In this document: piece by piece, positions 25,064-34,000 of the stretch
Numbering within the stretch: position 1 is the first letter of the stretch
Layout of the letters: every line of letters begins with the position of its first letter
Virus record (IMG/VR): IMGVR_UViG_3300023176_002901
Reading direction: 5' to 3' (one strand)
Source of the DNA: an uncultured virus (IMG/VR IMGVR_UViG_3300023176_002901)
Lineage: Duplodnaviria; Heunggongvirae; Uroviricota; Caudoviricetes; Crassvirales
Length of the DNA stretch: 64,000 nucleotides
Notes under the pieces: model-generated
Told to the model about the DNA's origin: nothing
What the model saw: only the letters and a program-made list of their open reading frames with translations
Databases searched by the model: none
Position numbers and translations under genes: made by a program

Positions 25064-28000
25064 CTACTCTCCAAGCATAGCCTTTCGGTACGCCTCAATC
25101 TCCTTATCGCTTTTCTTCTTATCTCCTCCTTCTATAACATAGTCAGAGTAGTTGAAGAGCCTGAGCAACGCCTCGCCCGGGTCCTTTGAATCGGGGATGG
25201 CTTCGATATTCTTAACCATCTTGTGGATGTTAGAAGCAGGGATGCCCGTCAGTTCTGTGATGTGATTAATCATTCTCCACATGTACTTATCCTTCTTCAC
25301 TGGGTCAGTAGCCTTGGTGAATGATTTGATATCCTTAAATACCAATCCAATCTGCTCGAATACAGGGAGCGTAGTAAATTCTCCAGCCCACGGAGCGCCA
25401 CTAACGAGGTCCTTGACTGCCGTAAGAATATCTCCAACAATAAACAAGGCGTTGAGGTTGCCAAGCAATGCCGCACGGCCAAGTGCCTGCTCATCCTCCT
25501 CATCCCAATCGGAAAGTAATCCGGGAAGGCCGAGGGCAACCCATTGGAACACCATAGGAACAAGGATGTGATATGTCACTACTCGTCTTGCGATATCACC
25601 ATATCCGTCCTGTGTTGGTAGACCCTTCATCTTTCTACTTAGGCTCATGAAGGCGCTCATCTCTCTGCGAAGCAACGCCTTTGGTGAAGATAAGAACACA
25701 TTCAAGAATCGGTATGCAGGGCCGCCAGTTTGGAACCAGTCCTTGTTGGTAATGCCACTATCTTGCTGCGTTCTGAGTGCCTGTTTAGTCGCCTTTTCGC
25801 TCGCATACTTCTGAGCCCCAGCCTCGTCACCGGGATTCTTCTCCAAGTACTGCTGCTTGTAGTACAAGTAGTTAGCAAGACCACCCATGATACCACCCTT
25901 GTCACCCTGCTTAACCAAGTACATGAGTGAGTTCATTAGGTTTCTCGTCTGCTCTTTTGTGACTGTAATATCCTTGCCACCTACCTTTTTATTTACAAGG
26001 ATTGGAGACTCATTGAGAGAACCCTCATAGCTGTATCCTTCTAGGATATCTCCAATGTTTGAGTTCTCATATCTCTCCTGAAACAGGGGCGAGTTAGCAT
26101 ACCACTCCTTCCATAGTTTGCGAGCCTGAGGAAGAGCGAGGGCAGTGTACTTACTCCAGTTTGTGTAGCCGATATAGTCAGCAAAGGCAAATGCAGAAGT
26201 GAGCTGCTTCAGGAATACCGTTGGGTTGATGGCAAGCTTAGACTTGATATACATACCCATCATAGCATTGGCAAGCTGAGATTCGTTTTGAGAGATTCCC
26301 TTTCTTGCAACCTTTTGCATCATGTCCTTCAGAGCGTCGTATGTATTCTTACCACCGAGCTCTATGATTGCTGCCTTTACGTTCGCATTGTCAAGAACCT
26401 TGCTCAGGTCTCTCATGGCCTCAGCATAGGCACGGAAGTATTCCATGTCTTTGAGGTATGAGTTGAGCACCGAGTTGCCATCGACACTTTGAATGGGACG
26501 AGAGTTCTTTACCCTCGCCTTGGTAGACTGGCCACCAACGCTGGTCTGGTATTCAGAAGAGCCGGCCAGTAAGTCGAACTGAAGGTCGCCCTCTTCGCCC
26601 TCTCTAAAAATTCTGCCTGCATAGAACTGATTCCATGGCATGTTGGTTCTATAGATGGCCTTGTATACCTCGTTGTATTTTTCATACAGGCTGGGATACA
26701 GCTCGTTAACCTGCCAGTCTGCCCACTCTTTTGTCTTGGCATCAAGTCTGTCGGTAATCTGCTGCATGATTCTAGCATACTGGTTCTTACCAAACTTCTT
26801 CTCAAAGGATGCCACATTAGCGGGGTCCTTGTATTGATTATACAAGTAGTAAGCTTGGTTATTACTGAGAACAACCTCAAGCTTTTCAAGCTGTCTAATT
26901 ATCTGCGCCTTACGTTTGTTGGTGGCAGAGTCGTATTCCTTCTTCAGCTCATTAGCCTTCTCCTCGTTAAGCCATATGACATTCTTGTCATTGATGAGGT
27001 CTTTACTCACAACAGGCACAGCATTACGCTGCATCTCAAGCTTGTAGTTATCGCCCCATATCTCCTTGGCTTTGTTGCTGATGATATCAAACACTTGTTT
27101 CTTGCCAGAGACAAAAGAAACTCGAGCCTTGAAGAGCCTGTCATCAAAGATTTCCATGAGCTTGTTGCCGCCCATGGCCTCAGACAGTCCGCTTGATATT
27201 CTTTGAAGCAATAGAGCGAGGTCCATTTGCTTGGTGAAGAACTCATCCACGCTGTTCTTTATCTTACCAACAAAGGACTTAATACCTCCATCAAAGGTCT
27301 TCCTTCTCTGCTCCTTGTTCTTAAGTTCTATAAGCTTCTCCTTGTTAGCCTCTTCACCCTCCTCGGAAAGGTCGAGCTCCTCACCCGTGATGCCATTGTA
27401 GGCGTCAGATATAAGATGCTCATAGTAAGCACGTTGAGCATCAATCTCTCCGCGCATCTGCGAGCGACCCGTAGATATAAGAGTACGGAGGTTGTCTCTC
27501 ACGGCAGCAAGGGCGTCTACCTTATGCGGGTTGTTATCCTCCATAAGCATCGCCTCGTTGTACATAAGAGCAATAGAGAGCGCGTTCATCTCGTCGCTCT
27601 CTTCCTGCGTCAGCGCGGTCTTTACAGACAGCTTATTGAATCTCTTCTCCTGCTTCTGCATTAGGTCCTCAATGTTCTGAGCAGACATACCCTCATCTAC
27701 GAGCATTGGGCTCTTCTTATTGGTAAGGGAACCAAGGATGTTCTGCAAGGACACGCTTACTCTGCCCACTCTACGACCCGATACCATTCTAGTGGTGGGG
27801 GTCTTCAGGAGTTTGTCAATAGCAGCACTTAGGTCACGCACATAGAACTCGTTGACGAATCCAGTGACGCGCTCCATCACTGCGGGCAGTGAGTCTGGAG
27901 TGGCGTCTGTGATAGCCTTCATCAGCTTGTTGACATCAGCCTTATTGAATACGGTCTTAGGCAAGTTCTTGCGGATGAACATGCGCATAGCGCGCTTAGC

Positions 28001-31000
28001 TTTTTCAAGTTCAGCCGCGCCCTTCTTCATGTTGGAAAGCATCGCACGCAACGCCTTGAAGTCCGCTTGGAACTTCTTGTTGGCGGCGGGGATGTTCAAT
28101 GCCTTGTCCAATCCAATCTGCATCTCCGCCTGAATGGTTGGGCTCTGCGCTTTAAAGAAATCAGAGTTAACCAACAGCTCCTGAGCCTTGGCTCTTACAT
28201 CCGCAGCGTTGTGTAGCAACACGCCCAATCTCTTGGCATTAGCATAGCGCTTAATCTTCTTGGTCAACTCGTTGAAGAACGCCTGACCCTGAGCAACACC
28301 GCCCTCCGCATTGGCGAAGCCATCGGGGAGCATAGTGCCCATCACATCGATAGGCACAGCGAGTGCTGACTTAATCTCGGTGGCGCTGTATCCCTGCTCC
28401 TTCAAGAAAGCAGCTATAACTCTATCGGTGTAGCCCCTCTCGCGCACATCATTGATGAACTCGTAGATGCTCTGCGTTCCGGCGCCATAGCCTTGGCGGC
28501 GTAGTGAGTTGGCGCTTCCGCCCCCGCCAATAACTCTAAGGAATGGGTTGAAGAACTTCCCATCCAGCGTCATGTGGTAACCGGAGACCTCACCGGTGCG
28601 CTCATCACGTCTAGGCTTTGTGCCGAGCCTGTCATCAAGCTTGCGCACAGCGATTCTAAACTGAGCGGGGTCGGTAGTAGCGGGAACAAATCCCTTATGG
28701 TTCATATTAAAGCGGTGACCTAGCTCCTGAGCCTGACTCTGAGGCTTAGCGCTCCAGTTCTGGTATGCAGTGGCGTCGCCCCTCTTCTGACGGATAGCGG
28801 GAGGTGGTTCAACGCCAGCCTCTGCCCTTAGGTATTCACCGTGGAGTCTCTGTATATCATTAAAGAGCTCTTGACTTATAAATCCGTCTTTAAGCTCTTT
28901 GCGTGCTAAAGAATATCTTTCTGGGTCAACGCTCTTAGCCAAGAGATTGCCAGAGCTTTCCAGATACACACTGCTAATAAATTCACCATGGTCATCCCCG
29001 GCTATTTCCTCAATACTTCCGAGCGATTTCACTCTACTTGAAGTTGAAAAAAACGAACCGCCAACCGTAACTAGATTTGATATGACAATGGGAGTCGAGC
29101 CGGGACCCTCTTCTGAGCCTTCCCAAATAAGTAGGCCTGAAGCAACAGTCTTGAGCTTTCCGGTATCCTTGAAATTTTCTGACGGCTTAAACTGTAACCC
29201 GCCACCCACATATTCAAGGTCGCCAAAAGAATCTACTTCTACATTAATGCTAACTTCTCCGGAGACGCTTCTTAAAGACCCAAGATTTATAGCGTGACCC
29301 GCGTAATCGTCTGACGCCGAAATGGTCAAATAATTTACAGTTTCTAAAGCCCCCAAGTCAAACCCTGAATCACCTAAGCGGACTCTAAGAGAACCGACAA
29401 TTTCTTTTAAGTGTGGACCAAGGGTTCTTAGTGTTTTATTGTCAGTTATTTGTAACGACCCTTCAAGTTTTTTTAATTTACCTAGGTCCCTCAGTCTTGA
29501 TTTCTCTCCTATCACAATTGGGCTTGACCTAACAATTTCCTCAAGTTCTCCAAAGCTTTCTAAAGTATCCGGAACCCCGTATTCAAAACGTCCAAGACGC
29601 TTCATCTTGCCAAGCGTTATTATTGAAGGCGGTAAATTTAAATCCCCTTCAACAACCTTCAACTCCCCAAGAGACATTAATTTTTGTGCATATGACAAAT
29701 CAAGATTGTCACCTACACGCTCTAATTTACCAAGAGACTCAAGCTGCCCTGCGCTATACAAGTTAACATTATCTTGGACAGTGGTTAAATTGCCAAGGCT
29801 TCTTATGTCGTTTACTATATGCACACCTTGGTCGACACTTGTTACTCCTATATGAAAATCTAAGGAGTTTTCTTGTATGAATAAATCACCGCCAACTAAC
29901 TCAATATTACCGGTGCTGTTTTTATCATATATGGTTGCGTCCCCTTCAACAGTTTTTAAATTAGCGGGGATGAGCTGTGACTGTTGGTTGTAATGTCCCG
30001 CGATGACCCTCAAGCTTTTAGCACTATTGGAGATAGCGTTTGAAACCATTCGGACGGCCCCCTCTTCGCCATACGCCTCAACGAGGCTTGCAAAAATGTC
30101 AAACGATGTAAAGCTCCCTCCCGAATAGAGCACTACATAGTCTGTAGCATGCGACACATAATCGGATGGGTCCTCGTTATTTATCGCTTCACCGAATAAC
30201 TCAAACACCCTAGCTTTTCCTTTTATCTCAAGCCTGCTGCCAATTTGCTTCCCATCTCTCATGGCCTCTATCGCCGCAGCTTTTAAGCCCATACGAATTA
30301 AATTGTCGCCATAAAAGTTTCCAATAAGAACCTCGGTCTCCGGGGTTAATTCTTCCATGCCTCGGGCAACTTTTCCTTTTATCTCAGGAGCAACATCGTT
30401 AGCATCAATCTTTAAATTAAAGTCCTCATTGAGTCGCTCGACGAAACCATTTCCCCCATACTGCATGAAGCTGTATCGGTTTGCTTCAGCAGTAAGGCTA
30501 GATACCGTTCTAAAGTCCTGCAAGGTTAAAGGGCGCTTCGATATCTCCTCCCTAAACATCCTTATCTTTTCGTTGAAGCGCTGCCCCTCTGCCCATTTCT
30601 CACCGCCCGGAACGGCGCCACTTTCCAAGAACTGCTCAGCTACAGGGCGCATCTTTGGCTCCATCTGTTGTCCTTCAAGGATACCTCGCACCTCTTCAAT
30701 GCTTCCTCTTCTTGTTCTTACGGCAATACGGGCTTTTGGCACGCCGCCTTTATCCGTTGTTACAAAGACATAGAAATCGCCGCCCCTAAGCTGCCCTTCG
30801 GCTCCGGTCTTTGTGCACCATGGCGTATCCTGAACAAGCTGACTTAAGGCGTCTGCGTTGTCATTAATATCTTGCTCACTAACACCGTCGCCACCGGGGA
30901 ACTTAAGCCACGTGCCCTCAGCGGTATCGTACATCTTAAATGCCTTAACAACATTGGGCGCGTTGGCCATCATCGTCTCAACGTATTCTTTTAATACTGC

Positions 31001-34000
31001 GTCTGATGATATGGTCTGCTCGCCAACCATTCTACTAATGGTGCCCTCGTCGTATGGCGTGTAGTTACGAAGAGTTTGGCGATTTCTCTTTTTGTAGCTC
31101 CCTGTTCTAGCGTCGTAGTTATGTGTGACGACAGCATCGAAAAGCATCAAGCGAATGGCGGGGGGTATACCGATTTCATGTTGTAGAAAGGCTGCCCATT
31201 TCTTTATAGTGTCATCTTGAGTGACTTGATATTCGTTTAGCACACGCATTCTGTGATAATCACTTTCTGCCTTCTCTTCAATTTCCGCAACCGTTTTCCT
31301 ACTGAGACCCATCCGGTCTGCTTCTTTTGCCTGACCAAGAATATCTTTGGTGATGTTATCGCCATCGTATATTTTAAGAAAGTCAATTATATAACTATCA
31401 GTTTGGTTAACCTGTGCGCCTATAGCAAACGCTATAGATTCTAGAAATCTATATACAGCCTGTGCTGGAGAGCTGCTTTTTGGGAATAGGCGGTTGGCCA
31501 ATAGGATGACAGCATTAACATCTTTGAGATTTGTTTTTTTAACGTCTGCCCTATTAACATCGGCGGATGTATCTGAATCAAATAATAGGCTATCTAAAAC
31601 CCTTTCAACAATGCCTTCGGCTCTACTCGCTTGAAGGATTTCTTCGCTGGTGGGCTCTACTCCATCTTTTTTATAGCCCATTGCCGTGAAAAAGCGACCG
31701 CTATCTTCAAGAACTGGAAGTATCTCCCCCAGCATCTTAATGGCTTCCTGCTGGTACTTCTCTTGGATACCAGCCTTCTGATACTTAATGCCTTCAGTCG
31801 GAGTGATGGTAATCAATCCCTTCTTCTGACGCATAGCGTTCTTAGTTTCAAGGGTCTGAGGTGAGCGCTTCATGCTTTGCGCACCATCATAAGCTACTCG
31901 AGTAACAGAGAATCCAAACTTCTCATAGAACTTAGTCAAGTCCTTGGCCATCTTTGCGAGCTTGGCTTCAGAATACTCTTTACGAGTTACCGGGTCTCCT
32001 TGATATCGCTTTGTTGGATACGCATCAAGTTTAATAGTCAGGCCAAGTTTATCGGCGGCTGCCGTAATACGATTCATTAACCTAGTGCCAGCTCCAGTTC
32101 CAGCAAGCCTTGGGTCAAATAATTCAATGCCATCTATGTATATAACATTACCCTCTTTAGGGCTGATACGTATGTTCATTTCAAGCTCCGGATTCTCAAC
32201 CGAAGTGTCCATAGTCATAAATCCACCCCGCATAATAATGCTTGGGAATATGTGGAAGTCTGGGTCGTTTGCCATTTCGGCAAACAAGTTGGCTACATTG
32301 TTGTAAGGCTGATAGAATTCTCTACGCCAATTGAAATCCTCATCCATGAAGTACACCCTCACTTCGTCCGCGGTAAGAGCATCATCGGTACTTGTTGGAT
32401 ATGGTTTTCTTCCCTTTCTGTTCAGGCTTTCACGAGCCTCCTCGTTGGTCATCGCCTTCTTCTGACGAAGTGCTGGCTTCTTGACCTTGATGTTCTCGAT
32501 AGCCATCTGCTGCTCTCCCGTAAGCTGAGCTGCTGGGAGGGCATCTTCTAGAGTAATGACCGTGGGCTCCTCAACTATATCGGTAGGAATCTCAGCGACA
32601 TACTGAGCGCCCATGGCGGAGCGTGCAGCCTGAGGCTTCGCTCTTTCTCCAATCTCTATCTGAGGACCGGTTACTGGCTTGGCCTTGGGATATACTTTGC
32701 GCACATCCACGGCCTTATCGAACACCATTATGGGTGTCCCCTCAATAACAAACGGATAAGAGGGGTGGGTATCCATTCCCTCCTTGCGGGTATCGATTAC
32801 CTTGCTGTCCTTATTGAACTGAATAGCAGATATAATATCTCCATATTGTACCTTCTCAAGAGATGGGTCGTTGACATAGTCAAGAACGCCCGTCTTCATC
32901 TTTGCCGTTGGCATCAATGGCGGTATCCCAAAGCGCTCATAAGAGGTGGCAGAGAAGAACGACTTAGTGAATGCACCACGAGTGTCATATGAGATTACTC
33001 CCTTGCCTTCAATGGGCATAAGGTCTCTCAGGTCTTCCAAGGTTTCTATTTGTCCCTTGTGTCCTTTCTTCTCTAGCTGTTCGGCAATAGTAACGCCGGG
33101 AGTTCTTGATGCTGTTCTAAGTTTGGCGTTGACATAGTCAATCAATTCCTGTGGAGACGCGCCCTTCATGACGGCGTTCTGAATTTCCGCCATTAGATAT
33201 TCATAAAAGGAAAGGCTACCAGCAATACCATCAGAAGCCTGAGACATCACCAATCCTACACCATCGCTCTCTTTTACTTTCTTTAGAATCTTGTTGGCTG
33301 CCGTCTCGCTAGTAAACGCCCAGCCCATACCGCTACCATAGGGGTATAGGTATCCACCCTTGAAGAAGTATCTCGTTCCAGATGGGCTCTCAATTTCACC
33401 ATAGGTTGCTTGGTCGGCTGCAAATACAAACGCATTAGCGCCCGACAAGTCGTTGATGCTACCGCGCTTGATAGCCTCTATGTCGATGCCACCTCGGTTA
33501 AGCTGCTGCTTGCGTGTGGCGTTTATGTTTATAGAATCTGAGCCCTTCTCATTAATGTTCTCAGCAACAGTGCCAGATGCGACTGTTGAGCCGGGCTCCG
33601 CAGCGCTATCAAGAACAACGAGGTCAGCCGCTACAATCGCCTTGCCTCTCGCAACCTTGCGGGCGAGGACGTCAAGCATAGCGGTTACGCTCTCGTCGGT
33701 TTTACCAAACTCAGAAGGAAGAGACACATTGAATGCTCTCGCCAATCGCTTAATAAACTCTACAATCTGTCCCTTAACCGTCGACGTTGCGTTGACGTAC
33801 TCTCTAGACAGCGCACCCATGAGCTGAGCGAGGCGCTCCTCATTCTGGAAGTTCTCGTCGTAGTTCTGTGCGAAGGCATCAATCTCTTTTGCTAGGGCAC
33901 TGTCATCCGCAAGAGTCTTGCGGACATTCTCCATCATGGTCTTGGCCACAGCCTGAGCCTTGGAGTCCGTTCTAACCTTGTTCAAGAATATAGCATGGAA

